Positions 32,001-44,204 of a stretch of DNA of 64,000 nt are shown piece by piece. Below the pieces are notes generated by a model. That model did not search any database, was not told where the DNA came from, and worked only from the letters and a program-made list of their open reading frames with translations. Within the stretch, counting starts at the first letter, position 1, and each line of letters starts with the position of its first letter. Made by a program: the position numbers and the translations under genes. The DNA comes from Lama guanicoe (lineage: Eukaryota): positions 1,986,001 to 2,050,000 of the forward strand of contig MU054338.1 of the NCBI GenBank assembly GCA_013239625.1, given 5' to 3'.

Positions 32001-35000
32001 TTTTTTTGACACTTGGATATTCTCTTTTGTGAAGCAACTGTTAACCTTGTGCCCAGTTTTTGGTTTGTTTTTGTTGTTTCTGCCTGTCTTAAAAAGTATT
32101 ATCTGTCATTTGTTTCCTTACTGATTTGTAGCCAATTCTTTGCACATTCTGAACATGAGGGCTTTATTAGTGGCATATTTTGCAAATATTTTCTCCCCAT
32201 CTGTACTTTGCAATTATCACTGTTTTCATGGTGTCGATGAATAGATGGTCTTAATTTTGATGAACTCCAACGTATTGATCTTTTCTGGCTAATTTTCCTT
32301 TTGTGGCCAGTTTAAGAAATGTCTTTCTACTGCAAAGTCTTGATGAAATTCTCTCTGACTCTTAGGAGCTTTATTGTTTCACACTTAGATTTCTGTTCCA
32401 CCTGGAACTGATTTTTGTGAAGGGTGTGAAGCAGGGATCAAGCCCTTATCTAGCTAGCTAGCTAGCTAGCTCGCTCGCTTTCTCTCTCTCTCTCCCCCTC
32501 CCTCCCTTCCTTCCTTCCTTTCCTACGTATATATTCAATTCTCCCAGCACCATTCATTGAAAAGACCATCCTTCCTCCACCACACTACAGGTTCACCTTT
32601 CTGGTAATTCAGGTGTCCAAATGTGCCTGGATTGCTTACTGTTCCATAGGTCTATGTATCTACCTTTGAGTAAGTATAGCTTCACATCAGTGATTGTAGC
32701 TTCCTAGTATAGGATTGAAATCTGCTAGTGTAAATCCTTCTACTTTGTTCTTTTCCAGAATTGCCTTGGTTACTCCAGGTCCCTCGCATTTCTCCATAAA
32801 GTTAGCAGTATTTTGTCAGTTTTCTCTCTCTCTGTCTCACACACACACACCTTTTTGGGAGTTTGGTTAGGACTGTGTTGAATCTGTAGATCAATTGGAT
32901 AGAGTTGACAGCTTAAAAATATTGAGCCTTCCAATCCATGAACGTGGACTACCCCTCCAACCTGTTAGACCTTTGACGCTTCCCTCAGCAGTGCTTTGCA
33001 CGTGCCAGTGTAGAGAGCCTTCACAACTATCGTTGCAGTCATTCCTAGGCATTTTGATATCTTCTGGTGCTACCATAAATGTGATTTAAATTTTTAAATT
33101 GTCCACTATTTAGGGGTTATTTTATGGGCACATTTGCTTTTTGTGTATTTATTCTGCATGCAGAGACCTTGTTAAATTCATTTGTTTATTCTAATAGTTT
33201 CTCTCTAGACTGTTTTGGATTTTCTACATATAGTTGTGTCACCTGTGAATAACCACAGTGTGACTTAACCCCTTTCCAAATCTAATGCCTTCCATTTATT
33301 TTTCCTGTTTTATTGCATTGGCTGCGCCTTCTGCTGCCCCTCGCGCCTGGCGGGTGCACCCTGCACCCCCACCCCCGCCCTCTGGGGCCGAAAGATGCCC
33401 GAACGAAAGGGGGCGGGGACGCGTGGAGGGCAGCTCGCCCGTCAGGCCGCTCTGACCCGCCCCACCCCTCCCTACCCAGCACCACGCCGACCTGGTCATG
33501 AGCCAGGACCCCTACAAAGTGACCACCTTCGAGAAGCGCTTCGCCGTGGCCGTGCAGCGGCTGTGGAGCGACGCCGGCATCCGCGCCTGCTACGAGCGCC
33601 GGCGCGAATTCCACCTGCTCGACTCGGCGGTGTAGTGAGTCCAGGGTCCGCGGGGGCTGGCGCGGGGCCGGGTGCCGAGGAGCAGCCAGGGGAGACCCAG
33701 TCCCGGGGATGGGACCGGGCAGAGGGCCCAGGCTGGCCGGCTCCCGCCGCGGGCGGAGGCTCCATGCTGTTGGGAACCGCTGCCTGTGGGTGGTCTTGCC
33801 CCGGGTGAGGTCCTTCCCGGGGTGGCTGCTCCCCTGAGTGGCAGAGCTCCTGGGGTGACGCTGTGCCTGGAGTGGCATCATTCCCGGGGTGACGCTGTTT
33901 CTGGGGTGATGTCCCTGGGGTGACCCCGCTTCTGGGTTGGGGGCACCTCTGAGGTGACTGTTCTAGGGTGACACCGTTTCTGGGGAACGTGTTCATCACT
34001 GCACAGGGACGCTGTCCTGGGCGTGACGTGGGGCATCTAGTGCTCGAGCCTGTCACTGACCTTGGGGCAGTGGCGCACCCGGGATGACAGCTCTCCCAGG
34101 GTGGCACCCCCTCCAGTGAGACTGTTGGTGGGGTCATGCTGCTCCAAGAGTGAAGCTGCTTCTCCTCGATTCTCCCATGGCCTCAGGGCGGGGCTCCTGA
34201 GCCACCTGAGGACCCCAGAGATCTGGCCTCTCCACGGGGGCTCTCCTGCCCCAGCAGGGTCCTCATGGGGCCCTGGGTGGGGGGTCTGAGAGGCAAAGGG
34301 AGGTTGCAAGGCTGGGACTGAGGGCTTCCGGCTTCACAGCTACCTGTCGAATCTGGAGCGCATCACGGAGGAGGGCTACATCCCCACAGCACAGGACGTG
34401 CTCCGCAGTCGCATGCCCACCACGGGCATCAATGAGTACTGCTTCTCCGTGCAGAAAACCAACCTGCGGTAAGCGCGTGTCGTGGTGGGTGGGGAAGGCT
34501 CCTTAGGAGGGGCAAAGGAGCTGGGGCACTGAAGGATGAGTAGGAGTTTCCTAGTCCCAGCCCCCAAGGGGCTGCCAGGCCGGAGGAGGCAAAGCTGGAC
34601 ATAGAGCCCTCTTGCCTCCTGTGTAGTCAAGAATGGGACCTGGAAAAGCCCAAACTGAGACCCCAGAGCTCCAGGAGGGGAGGTTTTTCTGGAGCAAGGG
34701 ATATTGGTACTAGGGCATTAAAGAGTGATTAGGAGTTCTCTAGTGCTGACTCTTGAGGGGGCCGTGGGAAGGAGGAGACAGAGACTATGCGGTCAGGGCT
34801 GGACCAGAGGGATTGATTCAGGGCTGGGGAAGCTCAGAGGGTCATCTCTTTTGTGGTCGATGAGGGGATGAGTCTGGAGGTCAGGAGTCCCAGGAGGAAG
34901 CAGGAGCCATGGTTCAAGCAGGAAGGACTGGGAAGGGTCAGGGCAGTGGTCATGGGGATGAAAATGAAGGGATGGTGCAAGAATTGTTTCTGGTGTAGAA

Positions 35001-38000
35001 TGGGTGGGATTGGATAAGCGTGGGAATTAGAACAGGGAGTCAGAAGTGACTCCCTATGAGTTTCCCGTCAGGGTGATGGCATAGATGGTGGAGCCACTGT
35101 GGAGGCGGCGGGGTGGGAAGTGTTAAATAAGAGGATGAAGTCATTTGGGGAAGGTTGGGTCTTGAGGGTCTGGGGCATCTGGGAGGTGGCTGGGTGCACA
35201 CAGGCCTGAGCTGGAAGACAGAGATGCGCATGGCCGGTACAGCAAAGGATGGTCCAGGCAGAGCGATGGCCAGTGCCAAAGGCCAAGGGGAGGTCAGGAA
35301 GAATACAGCGGGAGAAGCAACTTCTGGGCCTGGCAGTTTGAGAATCTTCAGTCACCTTAGCAAGATGATGGCGGGGAGCTGTGGAGGGCGCAGGATGAAG
35401 CCTGAGACCCTCCAGTGATCAGCCCGCCCATGGTGCTTCTTTGTTTCCCTGAACACTGCCCCATCCTGTGCTGTTCTGGCCTGTGCGACAGTCCTTACTA
35501 GGACGATTCACAGTGTTCCTGTTTGCACTGGGCCTCCTCCACTGGATGGAGAGCCCTACATGGTTAGGGGCTGAGTCTGATTCTCCTGCTTCACTAGCGA
35601 TGACCAGCTGAAGGTCAGAAGTTTGTCAGTGTGAGTGGATGTACAGGTGGATTGGTGGATGGGCGGTGGACAGACCAATGGGTGGATGGGTGGAGGGTGT
35701 AGTGTGTAAATGTATGAATGAATGAAGAGGTAGATAGGGTGCATAGATGGGCGGCTAGATGGACCAATAGGTGGTGGGTGGGTGAGTATGTGGATGGATG
35801 AATGAACAGATGGGCAGGTGAGTTGGTGAAAGCTTAGGAGTGAAAGCAGTGTTTGGGGAAGTTTGCAGGGAGGGCTGGGCTGAGGAGGGGGTTTTCACAT
35901 GGGGGAACTTGAGTATGTTCTTAGGCCGAAGGTGAGGATGCAGAGGAAGCAGACTCCGAGCCGGGAAGCTGGCAAGCAGCGTTCCCCACTCGCGTCTCGG
36001 CCTCCAGAGTGCTGCTCTCAGCCACAGCATCCCTTCCCCTTGGAGGCGGGGGAGGCGGGAGGCCGGGAGAGGGCTGGGTTCCGGGAGTCAGGAGCCCCGT
36101 GTCACAGCAGGGCACGTCTCTTCTTGCTCTGAGGCTTCTCTGACACTTCCTGCAGCCGCCTGAGTGGTGGTCGCACCCCCGGGGAGATGACGCACGTGGT
36201 TTGCTATCGGTAGCACACATTTCTGAGAAGAGAGGAGAGACCCTCACTGTGGTGCGTGGGGCGGAGGCGGGGCCCTGGCCCCGGCCACACAGCGTGGGGG
36301 TGGCCTTGTGCCCATTTATGTGGCCGCTGGATACTCTTGTGGCCAGCCAGACACAGCTGATGAGGAAACTGAGTTCTGGGGATGTTCTGCAATTTCCCCT
36401 AGAGTCACCCAGCCAGAGCCAGGGCAGGCTGCAGAGATGTCCACCCTGCTCTCCGCCACCATGTGGGAGAAATCAGGCAGCCCAGCACAGCAGAAGCTCA
36501 GGAAAGTCCCCTCTCCTCCCCGTGCCTCAGTTTCTCCATCTGTAAAATGGGTGTAACCGTGATACGTGCCCCATGAAGGGGGATGTGCTATGATGCCCAA
36601 GGTGGCTGGCACCTACTCTTGCTGCTGTTAATGTTGATCATGCCACACCTCGGCCGTGACTGGGGTCTGGGGTGCTTCACTGTGGGGTCCTGATTAGGCC
36701 TGAGCCCTGAAGGGGGGTGGTTCCTGGTAGGATCGTGGATGTTGGGGGCCAGAAGTCAGAGCGCAAGAAGTGGATCCACTGTTTCGAGAACGTGATCGCC
36801 CTCATCTACCTGGCCTCACTGAGTGAATACGACCAGTGTCTGGAGGAAAACAACCGAGAGGTGAGAGGCCACCCCCCCAGTCTCTCCCCGCCCCCACCTG
36901 GGCCCGAGGACCTGCAGCTGAGCTGGAAGCCCCACCACCACCTTGAGTGGGCTTCTGTGTGTCTGGGTGGCTTTGAGCTCCACCATCCACTCTTTGGTGG
37001 GCAGCCCACTGACCCCCAACACACAGATCCACAAGCATTTGTGTAGGCCGGACCCTGGGCGTGCGCGCGCGCGCACACACACACACACACACAGTGGGAC
37101 ACTCGAACCCCAAGCCCCACCCCCCGCCACCCCCGAAGCACAGTGCGAACTGCCCTGGGCATATGGGTCGCACTGTGGGGACAGGGATGTTGCCCTGCTT
37201 TCATTCAGAACTAACTCTTCTCCTTTGTGTGACCTCATCTCCTAATTAACACCCGGCGTGAGGGCCGGGCCCATCATCACCTCTGACATGTGTACTTTTC
37301 AGGGTTGAACTCTCACCCAGACAGTGTCAGGGTCCAAGGGTCTGACGTGATAATTTCGACTTTAAGACTGAATCAGACAGAATCAGTCTGAGGGCGCTCT
37401 GACACAGATCTGGCTCGAATCCAGCCACATGAGATGTCCTAGTTTGCTAGGCCTGCTGTAACCAAGTACCACAATCTGGGAGGGGAACTGAAACAACAGA
37501 AGTTTTCGGAGGCCATAAGTTCAAGATCAAGGTGTCAGTGGGGCTGGTTCCTCCCAAGCCTGTGAAGGAGAATCTGTCCCAGGTTCTCTCAGCTTCTGGT
37601 GGCTGCTGGCAATCTTTGGTGTCCCTTGGCTTGGAGTCCCCAAGGGTCTACCCCATTTCTGCCTCCATCCTCACATGGCTGTCATTCTGGGTCCTAATTT
37701 CCCGTTTTTATAAGGACACTAGTCAATGGGCTTAGGGCCACCCTACTCCAGAGTGACCACTTCTTAACTAATTATATCTTCAAAGACCCTATTTCCAAAG
37801 AAGATCTCATTCTGAAGTTCCAGGTGGACATGCATTTGAGGGGCACATTAGCCAAACTAGTACATTCTCTCCAAACCGTGTTGGGCATACACAGACAGCT
37901 GGCCACAACCCCCCAGACCCAGCCGGGTGGGAACTGAGGAGGTCGAAGCTGCTGGATGCTGGGCTGACAGCCCCATCTCCACGGGGGGCGGGGAGGGCTC

Positions 38001-40438
38001 CTGTGGACCCAAGCTGGCCGTCTGGATCAGTGACCTGTCTGTGTTTCCAACCCAGAACCGAATGAAGGAGAGCCTGGCCCTGTTCGGCACGATCCTGGAA
38101 CTGCCCTGGTTCAAAAGCACTTCCGTCATCCTCTTCCTCAACAAAACTGACATCCTGGAGGAGAAGATTCCCACCTCCCACCTGGCTACCTACTTCCCCA
38201 GTTTCCAGGGTGAGTGGTTCTAGAACCCACGATACCCGTCCCTGCCCCAAAGCAGCTCCTCAGAGAGACACTGGTCCCTGCCCCACCCCAGCCCGGAGCC
38301 AGTGGTCCAGGCCCCACCCCAGCCCGGAGCCTGTGGATTTTCAGATGCAGTCAGACAGACCTCAGTTCCAGACCCATCTCCTTCCTCTGCCCAAGCTCTC
38401 TGAGTCTCAGCTCCCTCCTCTGTAGAATGGGGATAAAGTAACAGAAGCCGTCGTAGTTGATGCTGAAAACAGCAGAAAAAGTTTCCCTCACAGTTCAGGA
38501 GACCAGAAGTCTGAACTCAAGGTGTCTGCAGGGCTGGTCCCTTCTGGAGGCTGCGAGGAAGGCTCTGTCCTGGGCCCTGTCCCAGCTGCTGGTGGTTGCC
38601 TGCAGTTCTCAGCATCCCTTGACCTGGAGATGAATCACTCCAGTCTTGGCCTCTGTAATCACATGGCCTTCTCTCTGTCTCTGATTGTCCCTCATTTTCT
38701 TATAAGGACACCAGTCATTGGATTAGGGCCCAACCGAACCTAGTATGACCTCATTTCAACTTAACCCATTACATAGACAAAAAAACCTATTTCCAAATAA
38801 GGTCATATTCTGAGGTTCTGACTGGACATGGATTTGGGGGGACACGATTCACTGGAACACACAATCAACCATGGTAAATGAAACCCTTGGTGACATCACC
38901 TTGGGTGTGACCTCTGGCCTGTCAGAGCCCACGTGGCCAATCTCAGCCAATCTTACCCACAAGACTTGGGTGCTGGGCGACAGATGTCAGCATCTTCCAG
39001 GATGGTGGCCTGGACACCCCTCACTGCCTTCCCAGTGCCCTCCCTGGGCAGGACTGGGAGTGGGACTGCGGCTTGGAGAGTTTAGGAACAGGGATAAAGT
39101 GGATAGACTTCAGAATAGTTTGTTTTCTTCCAGGTCAAAGGGACCCACGTAAGCCGTCCTTTCTCTCGGCCACAGAGGCTGGGACGCCCTTGCTGACTTC
39201 TGACTCTCAGCCTCCCTCCTCTGTACTAAATGATACTCATGACAGTAGTAACGAACCCCAACAGCGAGTGCGCCCACGACTGGCGGAGGCGCGCTCTGGT
39301 ACAAGCGAGGGCCCGCGTAGTCCTCAGTAAAACCCTTTGTGCAGTAGCATTCGTTCTTCTCAGCACTATAGAGACGGGGAAGCTGAGGCACAGAGCGGTG
39401 CAGTCCTTTCCTAAAAGCCACACATCCAGGGAGTGGCAGAGACAGGATTCCACCCAGGCTGTCTGGCGCTGAAGCTGGCAGGCCTTCGGCACTCGGCTAA
39501 CCTGCTTTTCTGAAAGACTGCTGGGTGCTCTCGTGAAGTTTGCTGATCACTGAGTACAGAGCCCGCGGCGTGGCTGTGCTGGATCACCACAGCTCTGGGA
39601 GGCCTGGGGCTGTTACGATCCTTACTTCACATATGAGGAAACTAAGGCTCCCGGGGGTTAGTGGAGTAACACGCCAGCTAACCCAGCCAGTGAGCAGCAG
39701 AGCCAGGTCTTGGGCTCCAGAAGCCCTGAACGCACATCATGTAAGTGAAGGCGAGATGGTGGAGGGGAAGCCCACATGTGTCTCAACAGGGCGGCCATCC
39801 CTCGCCTTCTCTTGGCCTCGGTTTCCCCATTTGCACCTCTCCAGGATGCCTTTCTTTGCAGCTGCAGGCTCCTGTCCCCCCCAGCTGCAAGCCCAGCAGA
39901 GAATGAGGGTCTCCCCAACACAGTTGGGCCCAAAGTCCCAGAGGCCAGTCTCATTGGGCCGTTCCAGGTCATGTGACCCACCTGAGCCCATCCTTGAGGC
40001 TCCTACTGGCTGGGCCTGAGTCATGTGACCCGCCAGAAAGGCAAAAGATGGCGGTGGCCTGCAGGAACCCTGGCTGGTGGCCCTTCGGGTCCCTGCAGCC
40101 CTAATGTTGCCCACGTCGGGTAGAGAGAGGGTCTCCAGAGCCAGCTTCGGGTCCCGGGAGGGAGGGTCTCCCGCCTGCCCCGCGTGCCCTGACTGCCCAC
40201 CCCTGCCCCAGGCCCGAAGCAGGATGCGGAGGCAGCCAAGAGGTTCATCCTGGACATGTACATCGGCATGTACGCCGGCTGCGTGGACGGCGCCGACGGG
40301 AGCAGGAAGGGCCCGCGCTCCCGCCGCCTCTTCAGCCACTACACGTGCGCCACGGACACGCAGAACATCCGCAAGGTCTTCAAGGATGTGCGGGACTCGG
40401 TCCTGGCCCGCTACCTGGACGAGATCAACCTGCTGTGA
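22867..40438 (+). CDS. GNA15: G protein subunit alpha-15 (G alpha 15/16), complete, 374 aa (gene span)
   Basis: join(22867-23011,29700-29884,33480-33634,34340-34468,36731-36860,38056-38209,40212-40438) = 1125 nt. N-terminus [20 protein letters not shown]-loop [20 protein letters not shown], family-specific insert [18 protein letters not shown]-terminus [10 protein letters not shown]. Confidence 0.98.
27022..27160 (-). mobile_element. tRNA-Ala-derived SINE (camelid Vic-1-like)
   Basis: Reverse complement reads GGGGCGGGTGGAGCTCAGTGGGACAGCACGCGCTTACCGTGCACGAGGTCCTGGGCTCCAGCCCCAGCACCTCC plus A-rich tail. Confidence 0.75.
27175..27592 (-). mobile_element. L1 3' end fragment
   Basis: ttagattccacagatatgtgatattatatacttgtctttctctgcctgacttacttcacttagtatgatcatctccaggtccatc, similar to the reverse complement of 19780-20200. 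Confidence 0.8.
28480..28950 (+). mobile_element. L2 LINE fragment
   Basis: ccacaaggacctgcaccac...ccagggcctttgagcatgctgtgcccaatgcctgg. Confidence 0.65.
29440..29900. promoter_or_regulatory. Intragenic CpG island over GNA15 exon 2
   Basis: CpG-dense stretch extending about 260 nt into intron 1, beyond what codon bias explains. Confidence 0.6.
29700..29884 (+). CDS. GNA15: GNA15 exon 2
   Basis: ctccccag|GCCCC...AGCGAG|gtgagc; encodes [18 protein letters not shown]...RPESE. Confidence 0.96.
30267..30386 (-). mobile_element. tRNA-Ala-derived SINE (Vic-1-like) with TSD
   Basis: tRNA-like head with A/B boxes and A-rich tail; TSD cactcttctttt at 30255-30266 and 30387-30398. Confidence 0.8.
30400..33340 (-). 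mobile_element. Block of antisense L1M fragments with interspersed MIR pieces in GNA15 intron 2
   Basis: AT-rich; ttctttatccattcatccatggatggacatctaggctg, ttctcccagcaccattcattgaaaagacc, ttgaatctgtagatcaattgg. Confidence 0.75.
32449..32523. repeat. Compound microsatellite (CTAG)n-(CT)n-(CCTT)n
   Basis: ctagctagctagctagctagctcgctcgc...tctctctc...ccttccttcctt. Confidence 0.8.
33480..33634 (+). CDS. GNA15: GNA15 exon 3
   Basis: tacccag|CACCAC...GGTGTA|gtgagt; encodes [20 protein letters not shown]...[11 protein letters not shown]. Confidence 0.96.
33800..34110. repeat. Degenerate GGGGTGAC-core minisatellite in GNA15 intron 3
   Basis: Recurrent (ct)ggggtgacgctgt / ggggtgatgt / ggggtgaccc / gggtgacacc units. 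Confidence 0.55.
34340..34468 (+). CDS. GNA15: GNA15 exon 4
   Basis: ttcacag|CTACCTG...CTGCG|gtaagc; encodes [43 protein letters not shown]. Confidence 0.96.
36731..36860 (+). CDS. GNA15: GNA15 exon 5
   Basis: ctggtag|GATCGTG...CGAGAG|gtgaga; encodes [21 protein letters not shown]...EENNRE. Confidence 0.95.
37060..37093. repeat. (GC)n(AC)n microsatellite
   Basis: gtgcgcgcgcgcgcacacacacacacacacaca. Confidence 0.85.
37435..37855 (-). mobile_element. MLT1-type LTR
   Basis: tgtcctagtttgctaggcctgctgtaaccaagtaccac...ttataaggacactagtc...ccctatttccaaagaagatctcattctga. Confidence 0.8.
38056..38209 (+). CDS. GNA15: GNA15 exon 6
   Basis: aacccag|AACCGA...TTCCAGG|gtgagt; encodes [10 protein letters not shown]...[11 protein letters not shown]...FPSFQ. 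Confidence 0.96.
38450..38862 (-). mobile_element. MLT1-type LTR
   Basis: cacagttcaggagaccagaagtctga...cttataaggacaccagtcattggattagggccc...tttccaaataaggtcatattctgagg. Confidence 0.8.
40212..40438 (+). CDS. GNA15: GNA15 exon 7 (coding part)
   Basis: gccccag|GCCCG...CTGCTGTGA; encodes [16 protein letters not shown]...[13 protein letters not shown]...YLDEINLL*. Confidence 0.96.
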
Positions 40439-41125
40439 CCCAGACCCGCCGCCCGGGACTCGGACGCGCGCTTGGCAAGAGGGACCTGAGGGCGGGTGGG
40501 CGCTGAGCGGGCCGGCGCTCCGTGAGCCCGGGCGGCCCTTGTCGGCTCCAGCCCCGGGCCCAGGTGCTGGAAAGGCCACGACTGAGTCGGGGTGGAAGGC
40601 CGCCGCCCCCCGCTTCTCTGCCCCTCACCAGGACAGCCTCTGAATCCTCCTTCCCTTGACTCAGTTTACCTCCTTGGTGAGGGAGCGCAATGGCCATTTG
40701 GGAGGCCAGGGTGCAGGAAAAGGAGGACTCGGGTGGGTGGGGCTCTCTCAGGACCCCCACTTCCGGGCATGTCCCCTGTTGGGCAGGGGTCTAGGACCGT
40801 TTGAGGGGCTGATGCGCCAACCCCAGGACCATGCCGATGGTCGAGGACTCTGTCGCCCCCTGGCGGACAGGAGTGGGCATCCCAGTCTGAGGTCTGGGCA
40901 GCTCAGGGACTTCCGTTTTTTCAGGAAGAGGCGCCCTGGGGCTAGGGGGAACTGTCTCTTTCGGAGCCTCGTGGCTTGAAGTGTGTCCTGCCCCAGTCTG
41001 CGGACGAGGGAAATCGAGGCCCACGGGCGTCTCCCCTCCTTCCCAGGCCGGGGGCTGGGCGCACTGCATCTTACAAGCTCTGTATTTATTCCGTCACCTT
41101 CTGCAGGGCCCTTTGCAGGGTGGAC

Positions 41126-41131
41126 ATTAAA
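41126..41131 (+). terminator. Candidate polyadenylation signal of GNA15
   Basis: ATTAAA about 690 nt after the stop, preceded by a TGTA/U-rich element (tgtatttatt at 41081). Confidence 0.55.
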
Positions 41132-41979
41132 GGAATGACATTCTGGAGACCTGCGATCTCCTAGGGGCGTCCTGTTTATCCCCTCTCCCCCTCACCCACC
41201 CGCATCCCTATGATCCCGTCTCAAGTCACCTGTCCTGGGCAGGGTAGCAATATGGCGAAGGAAGGAAAAAATTCTGCTTGCTGTCCACCCACTTGTGCAG
41301 GGCAGGGTACCGAGCTGTGCAGGGCTGCGTGCACTTTGAGCCAGGGAGTGGAGTCCAGCCTCTCCCCCGGCCCCGGGGACCTCTGAGCCGACCCTCTGGG
41401 GCTCCTCACCCCAAACCCCAGCCTCAGCCACCACCCACCTCTGATGAAGATGCTGGTGACTCCACTTACTCCAGATCCTGGTCTCCTGCCATCCTCAGGG
41501 CAGCCCCTGGTGGCACAGCCCCATCACCCCATCCTACAAATGAGGAAACTGAGGCACAGAGAAACAACAATTTGTCTAAGGCCACACACCTGGGAGGTGG
41601 CAGAGCCAAGATTCAATTATTCATGTAACACTTTTTTTAACTTTTAAAAAAATAAACTTTATAGGATAGTCGTAGGTTTCAGAAAAATTGTGAATACAGG
41701 GAGTTGCCTTATAAAACCACCCTTGACTTCCTGAATTAGTATCTTACACTAATATGGTACTTTTTTTAAATAGTTAATGAACCAATGTCGACACATTATT
41801 ACCTGAAGTCCATCCTATCTTCAGATTTCCTCTCTTCCCCTAAATGTCCTTTTTCTGCTCCAGGACCCCACATGACGTTTAGTTATCACATCTCCTGAGG
41901 CTCCCCTGGGCTGTGATGGTTTCTCAGACTGTCCGGGTTTTGACGACCTTAACAGTTTGGAGGATTTTGGGTCAGCTAT

Positions 41980-42372
41980 CAGTTTACTCTCCCACGGCTG
42001 CTCTACCAAAGTGCCACCGATGGAGGGGCTTAAAAACCCCCAGAAATGTAGTCTCCTATAGTTCTGGAGGCCAAGTGTGAGACTCAGGCGTCAGCAGCGC
42101 CAAGCGCCTGCCAGAGGCTCTCAGGGAGGGCCCTTCCCTCCTCCTCCAGCTTCTGGGGCTCCCCGTGTCCCTTGGCTCGTGGCCGCATCCCCCTAGTCTC
42201 TGCCTCTGTCTTCACGTGTGTGTGTCTGTGTCCAAATCTCCCTCTCCTTACGGAGATGTCAGTCATGCTGAATTGGGCCCCCACAAATGACCTCATTCTA
42301 ACTTGATTCTCCCTGCGGTGATCTATTTTCAAGGGCGGTCACATGCCCAGATGCCAGGCGTTAGGACTTCAG
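41980..42372 (-). mobile_element. MLT1-type LTR inserted in an L1 relic (41625-42560)
   Basis: gttctggaggccaagtgtgag...tgtccaaatctccctctccttacggagatgtcagtcat; L1-like sequence on both flanks. Confidence 0.65.
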
Positions 42373-44204
42373 CACATCTCCGAAAACGTGTTTTGTCAAA
42401 CGTCCCTCGGTTGAGTTTGGCCTGACGTTTCTCTCACGACCAGACCGAGGCTGGGGTCTGAGGGAGGCAAAGAGCGTTTCATCGCATCCCAGCGGGGGCA
42501 GCACGACTTCTGTGTTGCTGTCGCCCTTGGTCCCCGGCTGAGTTAAGCACCCAGCTCTTCTTAAACCCTTTATATCATAGAAGATATCGAGCCCCTCAGA
42601 GCAGGGAGACCAGTCATTCAGACTCTCGTGGGCCCGCGGCATTTTGCCTTCAGGGGCTCCTTTCTCCATCAGCTAATATTAAAAATGACTTTGTACTATT
42701 ATGCCAGCAGAAGGGTGAAAATGAAATCCAGACTGAATTCATCAGTATATATTATGCTCATTTTATGCATTTTCCTCTTCAGGTCTTAAAAGGAAATTAA
42801 AATGAAAACATTTCATGGGCCCCTCACGGTGCTGTGCGCCCAGGCCAGGAGGATACATTGACTGAGAACCTTCTACGGAAACCCAGCACCTCTCAAGCAT
42901 TGACCCTTCACACCTGCTTCACTCTCACCCCACCCCGCCTCTCTTGCCACTTGGTTATTTCCGTGATCCCTGACGTCACACCATTTCATCCGCATCCTTC
43001 TGAAGCATAAAGACTCCCTTCTAAAAAGGGTAGCCATAAGGCAACGTTATTCCATCTGAAAAAATGAGCGACAATTCTTGAATATTAAGTATCTGGTCAG
43101 TGTTCAGATGTCCCTATGTACCTCGTAAATGTCTGTTCTAAAACTTCATTTTGTAATAGTTTTAGATTTATGGAAAAGTTACAGCAAGAGTGCCCAGTTC
43201 CTGAACACCCTTCACCCAGCTTCCTCTGATGTGACTCTCCTAGGTAACTAGGCTACCAGCCAGGTTATCGAAGCCGGGAAATTAAGACCAACCGTAATTC
43301 TATTATTGAACTTCTAGGCTTAGAATTTGGCCAGTTTGCCCTCCTGCCCCTTTTCTGGGCCAGGACTCCACATGGCACCTCCTGGCCTTTGTCTCCTCTC
43401 TCTGTGATGGTTCCTTGGCTTTTGTCTGTCATGACACGTTTAAAGAGTTCTGCCTGGTTATTTTGCAGACAGTCCCACAGTCTGGGCTTGTCTGATGTTC
43501 GCTCATGGTTTGATTAACGTCATGTGTTTTGGGCCAGAATCCGGCAGGGTTCTCAGTGCATTACCGGGGTGGGTCAGTGATGCCAAAATGTCTCACCGCT
43601 GAGGATGAAATGTCATCTGTGTTCTCTTTTCCGCAGTTGGTTCAGTCGAGTCAGGACCCCAACAAAGCCCACACGTGGCATTCGGTTACTGTATCTCTTA
43701 AGTCTGTTTTTGTTCATAATCATCACCCAACCTTGTTTTCTTTGCCATTTATTGGTTGAGAGAGCAGGTCATTTGTCCGGTAGAGTTTCTTAGCTTCCTG
43801 ATTGGGTGGGTTGCGTCCCAGGTGTGTGGATTAATGCATTCCTCTGTCCCCTGTGATCCCTGGGAATCGATCTTCCTGGAAACATGCGTGGACTTCCTGG
43901 GTGATGTGAGCTTCCACCAGCAGACACAGAATGTTTAGTTAGTTTCCTGTCTGTCTCTCCACAAGGCATGTAACAACACAACACGTGGCTCTCTCTCTGT
44001 CTCATTAAAATTGACCAGGGGGTTCAGGGGCCTTCAGTCTGATTCACCCATTGTGAATTTCCCCACGCACCTCGCTCCTAATGGTCTGAGTGGCCACCGA
44101 TGATTGTCGCTAGGGATTGCAAAAATGGTGACTTACATACTTTCATTTCTTCTGCGTTAATTGTCTGGAATTGTTTTCTATTAAAAAAAAACAACCTTAG
44201 CTCA

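Noticed and set aside
33800..34110. Recurrent short units resembling a repeat-spacer array
   Set aside because: Units are degenerate and irregularly spaced in a mammalian intron; this is a decayed minisatellite, not CRISPR-like.
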